NCBI GenBank assembly: GCA_964016885.1
Contig: OZ024761.1
Coordinates: 21,266,001 to 21,330,000, forward strand
Length of the DNA: 64,000 bases
Origin: Eledone cirrhosa
Lineage: Eukaryota
Reading direction: 5' to 3'
This document shows positions 41,701 through 56,345 of this stretch, one piece after another. The translations under genes were made by a program, and so were the position numbers. The notes beneath the pieces are model-generated. The model worked only from the letters and a program-made list of their open reading frames with translations. It made no database searches and was not told the DNA's origin. The number at the start of each line of letters is the position of its first letter. Within the stretch, counting starts at the first letter, position 1.

Positions 41701-44700
41701 TCACCTGGCACTGACTCTGGTTTAGCTGACCTTAGAGGTTCCTACGAGAAGTATACGTCTTTAAACTGCTCCAGTCACCCTCTCACCTTGCACTGACTCT
41801 GGTTTAGTTGACCTTAGAGGTTCCTACGAGAAGTATACGTCTTTAAACTGCTCCAAACACCCTCTCACCTGGCACTGACTCTGGTTTAGTTGACCTTAGA
41901 GGTTCCTACAAGAAGTATACGTCTTTAAACTGCTCCAATCACCCTCTCACCTGGCATTGACTCTGGTTTAGCTGACCTTAGAGGTTCCTACAAGAAGTAT
42001 GTCTTTAAACTGCTCCAAACACCCTCCCAGCTGGCACTGACTCTGGTTTAGTTGACCTTAGAGGTTCCTACAAGAAGTATACGTCTTTAAACTGCTCCAA
42101 TCACCCTCTCACCTGGCACTGACTCTGGTTTACCTGACCTGAGAGGTTCCTATGAGAAGTATACATCTTTAAACTGCTCCAAACACCCTCTCGCCTGGCA
42201 TTGACTCTGGTTTAGCTGACCTTAGACGTTCCTACGAGAAGTATACGTCTTTAAACTGCTCCAAACACCCTCTCACCTGGCCCTGACTCTGGTTTAGCTG
42301 ACCTTACATGTTCCTACGAGAAGTATACGTCTTTAAACTGCTCCAAACACCCTCTCACCTGACACTGACTCTGGTTTAACTGGCCTTAGAGGTTCCTTCG
42401 AGAAGTTGAGGCTCCAAAACAGTTTATTTCATCTCTAAGCAGCCCTGACTCATGTTTAACTGGCTGTAACGGTTCCTACGAGAAGTATACGTCTTTAAAC
42501 TGCTCCAATCACCCACTCACCTGGCACTGACTCTGGTGTAGCTGACCTTAGAGGTTCCTACGAGAAGTATATGTCTTTAAACTGCTCCAATCACCCTCTC
42601 ACCTGGCACTGACTCTGGTTTAACTAACCTTAAAGGTTCCTACGAGAAGTTGAGACCCCTAAACAGTTTATTTCATCCTCTAAGCAGCCCTGACTATGGT
42701 TTAACTGTCTGTAAAGGTTCCTACGAGAAGTATACGTCTTGAAACTGCTCCAAACACCCTCTCACCTGGCACTGACTCTGGTTTAACTGGCCTTAGAGGT
42801 TCCTACGAGAAGTATACGTCTTGAAACTGCTCCAAACACCCTCTCACCTGGCACTGACTCTGGTTTAGCTGGCCTGAGAGGTTCCTACGAGAATTATACG
42901 TCTTTAAACTGCTCCAATCACCCTCTCACCTGGCACTGACTCTGGTTTAACTGGCCTTAGACGTTCCTACGAGAAGTATACGTCTTTAAACTGCCCCAAT
43001 CACCCTCTCACCTGGCATTGACTCTGGTTTAGTTGACCTTAGAGGTTCCTACGAGAAGTATACATCTTTAAACTGCTCCAATCACCCTCTCACCTGGCAC
43101 TGACTCTGGTTTAACTGGCCTTAGACGTTCCTACGAGAAGTATACGTCTTTAAACTGCTCCAATCACCCTCTCACCTGGGTTAGCTGACCTTAGAGGTTC
43201 CTACAAGAAGTATACGTCTTTAAACTGCTCCAAACACCTTCTCACCTGGCAGTGACTCTGGTTTAGTTGACCTTAGAGGTTCCTACGAGAAGTATACGTC
43301 TTTAAACTGCTCCAAACACCCTCTCACCTGGCACTGACTCTGGTTTAGCTGACCTTTGAGGTTCCTACGAGAAGTTGAGGCCCCTAAACAGTTTATTTCA
43401 TCTTCTAAGCAGCTCTGACTATGGTTTAACTCGCTGTCAAGGTTCCTATGAGAAGTATACGTCTTTAAAATGCTCAAATCACCCTCTCACCTGGCACTGA
43501 CTCTGGTTTAACTGGCTGTAAAGGTTCCTACGAGAAGTATACGTCTTTAAACTGCTCCAAACACCCTCTCACCTGGCACTGACTTTGATTTAACTGGCTG
43601 TAAAGGTTCCTACGAGAAGTATACGTCTTTAAACTGCTCCAGTCACCCTCTCACCTGGCATTGACTCTGGTTTAACTGACCTTAGAGGTTCCTACGAGAA
43701 GTATACGTCTTTAAACTGCTCCAAATATCCTCTCACCTGGCACTGACTCTGGTTTAGCTGACCTTCAAGGTTCCTACGAGAAGTATACGTCTTTAAACTG
43801 CTCCAATCACCCTCTCACCTGGCACTGACTCTGGTTTATCTGACCTTAGAGTTTCCTACGAGAAGTTGAGGCCCCTAAACAGTTTATTTCATCTTCTAAG
43901 CAGCCCTGACTATGGTTTAACTGTCTGTAAAGGTTCCTACGAGAAGTATACGTCTTTAAACTGCTCCAAACACCCTCTCACCTGGCACTGACTCTGGTTT
44001 AGTTGAGCTTAGAGGTTCCTACGAGAAGTATACGTCTTTAAACTGCTCCAAACACCCTCTCACCTGGCACTGACTCTGGTTTAGCTGACCTTAGAGGTTC
44101 CTACGAGAAGTATACGTCTTTAAACTGCTCCAGTCACCCTCTCACCTTGCACTGACTCTGGTTTAGTTGACCTTAGAGGTTCCTACAAAAAGTATACGTC
44201 TTTAAACTGCTCCAATCACCCTCTCACCTGGCATTGACTCTGGTTTAGTTGACCTTAGAGGTTCCTACAAGAAGTATACGTCTTTAAACTGCTCCAGTCA
44301 CCCTCTCACCTGGCATTGACTCTGGTTTAGCTGGCCTTAAAGGTTCCTGCGAGAAGTATACGTTTTTAAACTGCTCCAATCACCCTCTCACCTGGCACTG
44401 ACTCTGGTTTAGCTGGCCTTAAAGGTTCCTGCGAGAAGTATACGTTTTTAAACTGCTCCAATCACACTCTCACCTGGCACTGACTCTGGTTTACCTGACC
44501 TGAGAGGTTCCTATGAGAAGTATACATCTTTAAACTGCTCCAAACACCCTCTCACCTGGCATTGACTCTGGTTTAGCTGACCTTAGACGTTCCTACGAGA
44601 AGTATACGTCTTTAAACTGCTCCAAACACCCTCTCACCTGGCATTGACTCTGGTTTAGCTGACCTTAGACGTTCCTACGAGAAGTATACATCTTTAAACT

Positions 44701-46252
44701 GCTCCAAACACCCTCTCACCTGGCATTGACTCTGGTTTAGCTGACCTTAGACGTTCCTACGAGAAGTATACATCTTTAAACTGCTCCAAACACCCTCTCA
44801 CCTGGCATTGACTCTGGTTTAGCTGACCTTAGACGTTCCTACGAGAAGTATACGTCTTTAAACTGCTCCAAACACCCTCTCACCAGGCCCTGACTCTGGT
44901 TTAGCTGACCTTACATGTTCCTACGAGAAGTATACGTCTTTAAACTGCTCCAAACACCCTCTCACCTGACACTGACTCTGGTTTAACTGGCCTTAGAGGT
45001 TCCTACGAGAAGTTGAGGCCCCAAAACAGTTTATTTCATCTCTAAGCAGCCCTGACTCATGTTTAACTGGCTGTAACGGTTCCTACGAGAAGTATACATC
45101 TTTAAACTGCTCCAAATATCCTCTCACCTGGCACTGACTCTGGTTTAGCTGACCTTAGAGGTTCCTACGAGAAGTATACATCTTTAAACTGCTCCAATCA
45201 CCCTCTCACCTGGCATTGACTCTGGTTTAACTGGCCTTAGACGTTCCTACGAGAAGTATACGTCTTGAAACTGCTCCAAACACCCTCTCACCTGGCACTG
45301 ACTCTGGTTTAACTGGCCTTAGAGGTTCCTACGAGAAGTATACGTCTTGAAACTGCTCCAAACACCCTCTCACCTGGCACTGACTCTGGTTTAGCTGGCC
45401 TGAGAGGTTCCTACGAGAATTATACATCTTTAAACTGCCCCAATCACCCTCTCACCTGGCATTGACTCTGGTTTAGCTGACCTTAGAGGTTCCTACGAGA
45501 AGTATACATCTTTAAACTGCTCCAATCACCCTCTCACCTGGCATTGACTCTGGTTTAACTGGCCTTAGACGTTCCTACGAGAAGTATACGTCTTTAAACT
45601 GCTCCAATCACCCTCTCACCTGGGTTAGCTGACCTTAGAGGTTCCTACAAGAAGTATACGTCTTTAAACTGCTCCAAACACCTTCTCACCTGGCAGTGAC
45701 TCTGGTTTAGTTGACCTTAGAGGTTCCTACGAGAAGTATACGTCTTTAAACTGCTCCAAACACCCTCTCACCTGGCACTGACTCTGGTTTAGCTGACCTT
45801 TGAGGTTCCTACGAGAAGTTGAGGCCCCTAAACAGTTTATTTCATCTTCTAAGCAGCTCTGACTATGGTTTAACTCGCTGTCAAGGTTCCTATGAGAAGT
45901 ATACGTCTTTAAAATGCTCAAATCACCCTCTCACCTGGCACTGACTCTGGTTTAACTGGCTGTAAAGGTTCCTACGAGAAGTATACGTCTTTAAACTGCT
46001 CCAAACACCCTCTCACCTGACACTGGCTTTGGTTTAACTGGCCTTAGGGGTTCCTACGAGAAGTTGAGGCCCCTAAACAGTTTATTTCATCCTCTAAGCA
46101 GCCCTGACTATGGTTTAACTCGCTGTCAAGGTTCCTACGAGAAGTATACGTCTTTAAACTGCTCCAATCAATCTCTCACCTGGCACTGACTCTGGTTTAG
46201 CTGACCTTAGAGGTTCCTACGAGAAGTTGAGGCCCCTAAACAGTTTATTTCA
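35765..46252. repeat. Tandem satellite of 82-bp (type A) and 81-bp (type B) monomers, ~128 units
   Basis: A: gttcctacgagaagtatacgtctttaaactgctcc...; B: gttcctacgagaagttgaggcccctaaacagtttattt... Confidence 0.97.
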
Positions 46253-46883
46253 TATATGACCATGGTGTAGTTGACCATAGACTATCCTAAAAAACTGACC
46301 TGCCTTTAAAACAAACAGTTCACTTGCTAACTTTCAATAAAACAGCTACAAAAAACTACTGAAAGTTAATACTTATAAAGTTACTTTCAAAATAAAGTAA
46401 ATGAATTAAATTAAAATTAAATAAATACATATTGGGGTTCTTCCAAAGGTTTTTAAGTTTTTTTCAATGAGATGTAAAAGGAAAATTGAAAAGGATTAAT
46501 AGGACACCTTAAATGTATCACCCAGACCAGGATCTCACTATCTCTAGTACTTTCCACTAGGCTACTGAGACTGCTACAAAAATCTACTGAACATTCATCT
46601 TTATAAACCTACTTTCAAAGTAAAATTAAATTAAGTTAAATTAAAGTAGCCCAAAATTGAATTAAATTGAAATGAGATGTGTTATAACTGTCCTTACAGA
46701 GGAGACAATGAAATAAATACCAGTAACTCAATGGGGTCTATTTAAATAACTTGTCCCTCCCCACCAAAAAATTGTCGACCTTGTGACTAAATCAGAAACG
46801 AATATATTGCTGCAAATATTTAATTATCTTCAAAATTTATTGAAATATTTGAGTTGTATTTAATCATATGTATGTATATATAT

Positions 46884-46927
<44 letters not shown>

Positions 46928-47665
46928 AAATATATATACATGTATATATGTGTGCGTGTTTCTGTTGTTTACTAAACAGTTGTTCGGTGATTTTTGGCTG
47001 ATATACATATACAGACATACACATACATATACAGACACATATATGTACATATATACACATGCTCGAATCCCAGAGAAAAGGAGAAAAGCGGAGGACAGAT
47101 ATATGCATGGTAGAAATAGCAGCCAAAAAGCAGCGAAGAACAAAGAAGTACACACACATGTGAATATATACATATATATGTATGCATCTATATATATGTG
47201 TGTGTGTGTATATATGTATCTATGTGTATATACGAATAATGTAATTATGTAATAAAATAAAGATGTACGAATAAAACTGTCTGTGTTATTTCTTATATTA
47301 AAACTCCGATTAATACCTTACTGAGAAAGACATCGTGAAGTGTTACACGTCTGGTTACGAGAAAGTCGGGAGATTTGATCAACTGAATCATATATATATA
47401 TATGTGTGTGTGTGTATATATATATACACATATGTACATGCTAGAATCACAGAGAACAACAGAAATATATATATAATAGCAATAATTGTTTCTACTTTAG
47501 GCACAAGGCCAGCAATTAATCAGTGCATTACTGGTACTTTATTTTATCGACCCCGTAAGGATGAAAGGCAAAGTCAATCGAAGTTTAGCTGTAGTACAGC
47601 AGTACTATAGTTACAGAATGGTACGATTGGGGTACAAACAAATTGCGGGTGTGCAGAAAATAGTC

Positions 47666-49674
47666 CGAACGTCCGAAACAACCAGAATTATATATGTTCG
47701 ACGCACTCAATGATTCTGCCAATTTATTTATTCTGTTCATTTCTTTTTAAATAATAAAATTTTGAAAAAGAAAATGTTTATATTTTTATTTCTGTTGTTG
47801 TTTCTCCTTTCTATATATTCTTCACTCTCTCTTTCTCTTATAAATGTGTGTGTATATATTTATGTATCTACATATACGTATATGTGTGTGTATATATATA
47901 CGCACACACATATACATGCCAGAAACAGAGACCAACAGAAAATTAAAGTGCAGATATATACATGCTAGACACAGCGGCGCTGGAGTTTAGTAAACAAATA
48001 AGGAGGACATATATATATAATAATAAATGTAAATAGAACTTCAGCTGTAGTACAGCGGTACTATTCGATTTGTTTGAGTACTCGATAGATCGAAAGTTAA
48101 AAACAAACATTAAATCCACAGTTAACAGCAATAAAGACGACCGAAGACACTAACTATACACACAACAAAATTACGATAGATACAGAAAGGTTTATATATA
48201 TATAAATATCAATAAAAATTGAATTTGACTGCTATTTCGTGCATAAACTAGAAACCGGAAGTGGACAAAATTGAAAAACTTCTTCTTTTTCCCCCTCTAA
48301 CTTTTTTCTAAACAAAAATTGAAATTTTTCGAAAAAAAAGTTAGAAGGGGAAAAAGAAGAAGTTTTTCAATTTTGTCCACTTCCGGTTTCTACTTTATGC
48401 TAGAAATAGCAGTCAAATAAATGTGTGTGTGTGTGTATGTGTAAAAAAAAAAAAAAATTGATTTGACTGCTATTTCGAGCAAAAACTAGAAACCGGAAGT
48501 GGACAAAATTGAAAAACTTCTTCTTTTTCACCCTCTAACTTTTTTCTAAACAAAAATTGAAATTTTTCGAAAAAAAAGTTAGAAGGGGAAAAAGAAGAAG
48601 TTTTTCAATTTTGTCCACTTCCGGTTTCTACTTTATGCTAGAAATAGCAGTCAAATAAATGTGTGTGTATGTGTAAAAAAAAAAAAATTGATTTGACTGC
48701 TATTTCGAGCAAAAACTAGAAACCGGAAGTGGACAAAATTGAAAAACTTCTTCTTTTTCCCCTTCTAACTTTTTTTTCGAAAAATTTCAATTTTTGTTTA
48801 GAAAAAAGTTAGAGGGTGAAAAAGAAGAAGTTTTTCAATTTTGTCCACTTCCGGTTTCTAGTTTTTGCTCGAAATAGCAGTCAAATCAATTTTTTTTTTT
48901 ACACATACACACACACACACACACACACATTTATTTGACTGCTATTTCTAGCATAAACTAGAAACCGGAAGTGGACAAAATTGAAAAACTTCTTCTTTTT
49001 CACCTAACTTTTTTTTGAGAAAAATTTCGTTTTTTGTTTAGAAAAAAGTTAGAGGGGGAAAAAGAAGAAGTTTTTCAATTTTGTCCACTTCCGGTTTCTA
49101 GTTTATGCACGAAATAGCAGTCAAATTCAATTTTTATTGATATTTATATATATATATAAACCTTTCTGTATCTATCGTAATTTTGTTGTGTGTATAGTTA
49201 GTGTCTTCGGTCGTCTTTATTGCTGTTAACTGTGGATTTAATGTTTGTTTTTAACTTTCGATCTATCGAATAGTACCGCTGTACTACAGCTAAAGTTCTA
49301 TTTACATTTATTATTATATATATATGTCCTCCTTATTTGTTTACTCCAGCCGCTGTGTCTAGCATGCATATGTCTGCACTTTAATTATCTGTTGGTCTCT
49401 GTGATTCTGGCATGTATATGTGTGTGCGTATATATATACACACACATATACGTATATGTAGATACATAAATATATACACACACATTTATAAGAGAGAGAG
49501 AGAGAAGAATATATAGAAAGGGGAAACAACAGCAGAAATTAAAAGAAAAAGGAATAAAATAATAAACATTGTTTTTTTCGAAATTTTATTATTTAGAAAG
49601 ATATGAACAGTAAATTGGCAAAATCATTGAGTGCGTCGAACAAATATAATTCTGCTTGTGTTTCCGATGTTCGT
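47666..49674. repeat. ~2-kb inverted repeat with four nested ~190-bp hairpins
   Basis: Outer arms 47666-48224 / 49126-49674; inner hairpins ~48225-48417, 48463-48655, 48692-48885 and 48934-49125. Confidence 0.9.
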
Positions 49675-50441
49675 AATATACGTTATGCTTTAGTAAGTTT
49701 CATACACAGACATCTACTTGTAAATACATGATACACAGACATCTAATTGTAAATACATGATACACAGACACCCGCAAAATGTTTTTAATAAAAAAAAAGG
49801 ATATGCTAGAAAGAGCAGCTAAATCCAATAAAATGTGGATAAAACGAAGGGCATTTACATACATGCTAGAAATAGCATCCAAAGCCCAGAGAACAACAGA
49901 AAAGGGAAGGCCATACTAGAAATAACAAAAGTGTTTATTTTCTGCACACCCGTAATTTTGGGTTTAAGTCTGGGAATAGTTTTGTTTACATAAAATGTTC
50001 TATTGTTTAAAAAGTTAGAGGGGAAAAGAAGAAGTTTTTCAATTTTTATTGATATTTATATATATATATAAACCTTTCTGTATCTATCGTAATTTTGTTG
50101 TGTGTATAGTTAGTGTCTTCGGTCGTCTTTATTGCTGTTAACACTGGATTTAATGTTTGTTTTTAACTTTCGATCTATCGAGTACTCAAACAAATCGAAT
50201 AGTACTGCTGTACTACAGCTAAAGTTCGATTTACAATCATTATTATATATATATGTCCTTCTTTCTGTTGTTTACTAAACTCTAGCTGCATATAACTGTA
50301 CTTCAATTTTCTGTCGTTCTCTGTGATTCTAACATGTATATCATCATCATCATTTTACGTCCGCTTTATATATATATATATATATATATAGATGTGTGGA
50401 TATATATAGATATGTGTGTATATATAGATATATATATAGTG

Positions 50442-50491
<50 letters not shown>

Positions 50492-50541
50492 TGTGTGGAT
50501 ATATATAGATATGTGTGTATATATAGATATATATATAGTGA

Positions 50542-50588
<47 letters not shown>

Positions 50589-51504
50589 TGTATGTGTATG
50601 TTTCTGTTGTTTTCTAAACAGTTCGCTGATTTTTGGCTACTATATATATATATGTGTGTTCTGTGGCTTTTAAAATAATAATAATGAAATTATTGTGTAC
50701 AGTGCTCAGGTGCACTACTATAATTATATAAATAAGTATCTAATTATTTAAATTCTTTATTTTTGACAACAGATATGCAAGTGTCCTCGTGGTTTAGTTG
50801 GCAAGGGTGCTCCAAGTTGTAATTTCCATTCTGAAGTTATTCTCTATCGGGCATGGTAAAATTGATTTTATTTATTTATTTTAACAAACAAATTATATGT
50901 ATATAACCCCAAAATAGTTCGAATATATTTATGTTTTATTCTATTGTGATGCAATACACAGGAATGTATATAGATATGTACATACTCTTCGGGTGTTTAG
51001 CAGGAATTTGTACAACTCTAAATTGGAGCTAGCCCCTGCGAGATCAGCATAAATAATGTTATACCTTTTAATGAAATCTTGCATGGAATAGTTATCATGT
51101 ATCAGGGAAGCCTTGCATGAAATATATTTTTTCTATCTCTAGAGCAGTGGTTCCCAAACCATGAGCTGCGAGATAAAACAAGATGAGCTGCAAAAGATTA
51201 AGTTTTAAGATGTGAAAAATACAAAACTGACATTGGTATAAAAGTTCAAATATAGCTGTGGCCACAAACTCGGGCTCCACTGCCCACAATGTAGAGGAGA
51301 GTAAGATAATCAAATACTGGGGCCTGACAGACCTCTTCCACTCCGTCGAGATCTCTGGTGTCCTTGGTCCCTGCACTGCTGATTTCCTCCGTAAAGTAGG
51401 CAGGAAAGATGATGAAAGCCCATGAGAAGAGGTGACTGTTGCAGCAGGTGTCTCTGGTCATGCTCTGTGGTAACCCTTTTGCCGTTTTTTCCTCGGGTGC
51501 AGCT

Positions 51505-51840
51505 TCTTTCACCCTCTCACCTGGCATCGACCCAGGGTTGAGCTGGCTGTAGATCCTACAGGAAGTATACACTCTAAAACTGCTTCTTTCACCCTCTAAC
51601 CTGGCATTAACCAGGGTTTAGCTGGTTGTAGGAGACCCTATATTCAGTAAATGCCCTAAAGCTTCTTCTAGTGACCAAGGTTTAGCTGGTTGTAGGAAAT
51701 CCATTACTTAAGCCCTCTAGCCTGGCATTGACCATGGCTTATCTGGTCGTAGGAGACTCTATGGTATGTATACACCCTAAAACTGCTTCTTTTGCCCTCT
51801 AACCTGGCATTGACTAAGGTTTATCTGGTCCTAGGAGGGC
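51505..51840. repeat. Diverged relatives of the 82-bp satellite monomer
   Basis: accctctcacctggcat.gac...tttagctgg...cctac..gaagtatac motifs. Confidence 0.65.
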
Positions 51841-51949
51841 ATATAAGTAGGAAGCGTTTTCCTTCTTCCATAAACCTAGCAATGTGATCAGTGAAATCAC
51901 CTTCCCCGTGGATATATACACACATATATATATGTATATATATATATAC

Positions 51950-52168
51950 CATCATCATCATCATCACCGTTTTATGTTCGTTCTTCCATGCTAGCATGGG
52001 TTAGACGGGTTGTCCTGTTGTGGGCAGTGTTCGGTCGGCTGACCTTGTCTTGCTCATACAGGAACTGATTCTGGCTTGATTTCTACAGCTGGATGCCCTT
52101 CCTAACACCAACCTCATTTACAGTGAGTGCTGGGTGCTTTTTCTGCGGTGCCTACACATCCACTTTAC
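51950..52168 (-). mobile_element. RTE 3' UTR fragment
   Basis: Reverse complement of ~22365-22580. Confidence 0.75.
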
Positions 52169-52194
52169 ATATATATATACATATATATATATAT

Positions 52195-52506
52195 ATATTG
52201 TTGTACTTTGGGAGGGTCATGCTGCAAATAAAAACACACGCACCTGTTGGTTTTCACTTCACTTTATTATAAATTTCAGATTCGATAACCAGATTGTTGT
52301 TTATATATTGTCAAAGCCCTTTCATCACACATTCTGTAACCTCCTCAATGACTGGGTTTTTATTTTGTGTTTCTCCTTTTTTCTGTCCTACCCCAACAGG
52401 TGCACATGTTTTTACTGGCAGCATGACCCTCCCAAAATATAACAATATCTGTTTCAACACACGTTTTCAGATAAGAAATCTTGCAAAACAAATTAAAAAA
52501 CGAAGT
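52195..52506. mobile_element. Non-autonomous fold-back remnant related to the PLE at 58309-62305
   Basis: Minus-orientation 3' end with degenerate hammerhead (52195-52391) joined to a plus-orientation end with tail (52392-52506). Confidence 0.7.
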
Positions 52507-52951
52507 ATATATATATATATATATACATATATACAAATAGATAGATGGGAGGGAAAGAGAAAGATAGAGAGAGAGAAGAGAGATAGAGAGAGAGAATAGA
52601 GAAAGTTGGAAAGAGAAAGAAAAAGATAGAGAGAGAAAGATAGAGAAATACTGAGAAGTTCACATTAAAATGAAATATTTGTTTTTGACTCACAATATTA
52701 AATTTTTCTTTGAATTTTTTATTTCTTTTTAAATTATGTATTTTATAATTTTTTTTTTTAATTTAATTTATAAATTAAAATTAATTCAACTCAGTTCTCC
52801 CATTCCCCCTCCCCTACCCTGTTTCTGGTCTTTTTGAGCCAAATGTGAAGATGGTGGTGGTGGTGATGGTGGTGGTAGTGGTGGTGGTGGTTGTTGGTGG
52901 TGGTAGTGGTGGTGGTTGTTGTTCTTGTTGGTGGTGGTAGTGGTGGTGGTG

Positions 52952-52983
<32 letters not shown>

Positions 52984-53291
52984 TTGTTGGAGGTGATGGT
53001 GATGGTTGTGGTTGCTGTTTGTGGTGGTGATGAAAGCAGTAAGGAAGTAGGTTAACTGTAGTTTATTAGTAGGGAGATGAGTAGCCAGTTAGAGAGAGAG
53101 AAATACATATATAGATAGATAGATATATAAACAATACATATAGATAGATAGATATATATATAGACAATACATATATATATATATATAGACAATACATATA
53201 TATATATATATATATAGACAATACATATATATATATAGATATATATGTATATATATATATATAGACAATACATATAGATAGATAGATATAT

Positions 53292-53369
<78 letters not shown>

Positions 53370-55375
53370 ATACATATAGATATATATATATATAGACAAT
53401 ACATATAGATATATATGTATATATTTATAGACAATACATATAGATAGATATATATAAACAATACACATATATATATGTATATATATATATGTATATATAT
53501 ATATATAGATATATATGTATATATATATATATATATATATAGACATATAGACAATACATATAGATATATATATATAAACAATACATAGATAGATATATAT
53601 ATATATACATATATATCTATATATATGTATATATATAGATATATATATATACATAGAGCAAATATTTACCTCAGGGGACAGAAATGAGAGGTTAGAAGTG
53701 TGTTAGCCTGCAGTGAAAGAAGAGCATGAACGAGACAAGATCATTCAAATATCTTTCAACCTCTTCAGCTCTCAGACCATCTGTGGTTTCGCACAATTTT
53801 ATTTGAAAGACCACATGAAATTGCTGGCTTGTGCAACAGAAAAATAAATATTTCTGGTATGATGTTTCTGTGATAAAATGAACAAATTAGATAGACATAC
53901 AGACAGATCGGAGAGAGAGAGAAGTAAAATGCATCCTCTCGGCACCAAGTCGACGCTAAAAAGGACAACAAAAGCCTTGACACTGCGGAAGTGACAAAAA
54001 ATTACCTCAAAGGACAGAAATCAGTGGCTTGAAGTGTGTTGGCCTGCAGAAGTGATAGGAAGGAACGAAACAAGATCACGCACACATCTTTTAACCTCAC
54101 AGCCGGTCTGAGATCTGTGTGTGTGTGTGATCTTGTCTCATTTGCTTCTTTTCACCTGTCACAATCCTGTGGGCCACCACATTTCTAACCACTCATTTCT
54201 GTCGTTTAAAGCAATCTTTACTCAATGCAATCACTGACCTCATTTTGCTGTCTTAAAGAATTCTTATATTGAATTTTTCTCATTATTCTACGAATAGAAA
54301 TATATATCGACAGACAGAGACATACAGACAGATATATAGGATTGAACAAGTATCTTACAACAATAAATGGAGCACACATTACTACGAACATTTAAAAACA
54401 AAATTAGTTTCGTTCTAACATAGCGGAAATGTAAATACATTTGTGAGTTTTATTTCAAATAATAATATTCGATTCACTTGCAATTACGCAGCCTCATTAT
54501 GTTATGTCTTTTAGACATGTATCTTTCTTCTCTGTCACACACTAGAACTGGTGAGAATATATAGTATTCTCTAAAGTATACATTGGCTAAGTAGCCTAAC
54601 TTGCATACCGAGTGATTTATACTTTAGAGAATAATATATTCTCAACTGTTCTTGTGTGACAGGAGAGAGATCTACACAATCTGAACAAAGGGCAATAACC
54701 CAGAAACAATATTATTGTCGATTGTTTTTCTCTGTCATTGCTAGAACAAAAGGATGATGATGGACATCTAAAACACAACCTAATGATGCTGTTTGCTTGC
54801 AAACAAATTGAATATTATCATTATTCGATATAAAATTCCCAAATGTACATTTAATTAACCCTGACACTAACCCCAGAAAACCACCACGAGTTCTAAATAT
54901 ATATCGACTGACAGAGAGGTAGATAGAGATAAACAGATATGAAGGACTGAACAAGTATCTTACGACAACAATACGGAACACTCATTATAGCAAACATTAA
55001 ATTAACCCTAATACCAACCCCCAGAAAACCACCACTAGTTCTAGAAAAAAACAAAATATGGGTTACAAGTGGAATTGAAATCTTCCCAAGCAATTTAATA
55101 TAAGAACTATTTGTTAAGTTATCTCACAAATATTTTCTTAGTAAATCTTGTAAATTGTCTAATCATTAGAATTAAGTGAAATACAGAGTATTTCATTAAA
55201 AATATGGTCATGAAAGAGTTAACTTACATATCCACCCTTGCAAGCAGGGAAAAGCGGACGTAAAATGATGATGATTATCTATATATATATATATATACAC
55301 ACGTCATTCTATATATATATATATATGTATAAATGTATGTATGTGTATGTATGCATATATGTAGATATAATTATG

Positions 55376-55421
<46 letters not shown>

Positions 55422-55538
55422 TATATATATGTATATACACACACATACATATATATATATATAATTTATATAAATATATATATGCAAGCATGGAAAAACA
55501 GACATGAAAACAAATGATGATGAATATATACACATATA

Positions 55539-55596
<58 letters not shown>

Positions 55597-56044
55597 ATGT
55601 GATTATAGTGTAGTAGTTCACTATTATCTTTGGTAAGAGGAGAGAAACTCAATGCACATTGCCATCCTCAGTTCCTCAGGAGTACAAACTGGACGATGAA
55701 GTTATCAACAGTTACAATATACTGTTGTTAAGGACCTGTCAGATAGCAGAACATTTAAAATTTAAAATTATAAAAGTCAGGTATATGAAACTATTATTAT
55801 TTATTCTTACATTTCTACGTGCATTTCAATACGGTAAAAATATCACATCCATTTGCAGAATAACTTACTAGTTAACAATTATCCACATCATGGGTGCTTT
55901 ATCTCAACATTATATCTTCAGGAAATTTTATTTAGAACAAAAAATAATGATAATAAGAGGTTTATCTTCATTGCTTTAAGAATCGATTGATTTTTGTTAT
56001 TCTGAATAAGATTTCCTAAAGATAAAGCACCTATGATGTGAATA

Positions 56045-56345
56045 TCTTTTTTCAAGCTCAGAGTAGCTGAAGCATGGAACAAACTACCTACATCAGTTGT
56101 TATCTGTTGGGACACTGCATCTTTAAAAACTTCCATGCTTCCAGAAATTCACCAACACTATACCTGATATTCTCCCTCCATACATACACACGCATGTATT
56201 TGTGTGTGTCTCTGTGTATATCAGGACTCATACACTGTTTACTTTCCTGACTTCTGTACATTATTCTATGTACTATACATACACCTTCGATGGGTTGTAG
56301 TGCACCTCAGCAGTGTACACAATAATTCTCATTATTACATTATTA
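56045..56345 (+). mobile_element. CR1-group LINE 3' end
   Basis: FFKLRVAEAWNKLPTSVV motif plus 3' UTR. Confidence 0.7.

Noticed and set aside
35765-46252. CRISPR-like array or repeated 64-aa ORFs (40186, 43283, 45727)
   Set aside because: Satellite monomers without spacers; the ORFs are chance frames in duplicated blocks.
51246-51572. 108-aa and 93-aa minus-strand ORFs
   Set aside because: No recognisable homology or clear splice pattern; begins in satellite-related sequence.
53665-54220. Possible hammerhead (CTGAAGA-ggtt-GAAA on -) in a direct/inverted repeat cluster
   Set aside because: No room for stem II and no supporting stems; treated as an unclassified old repeat.
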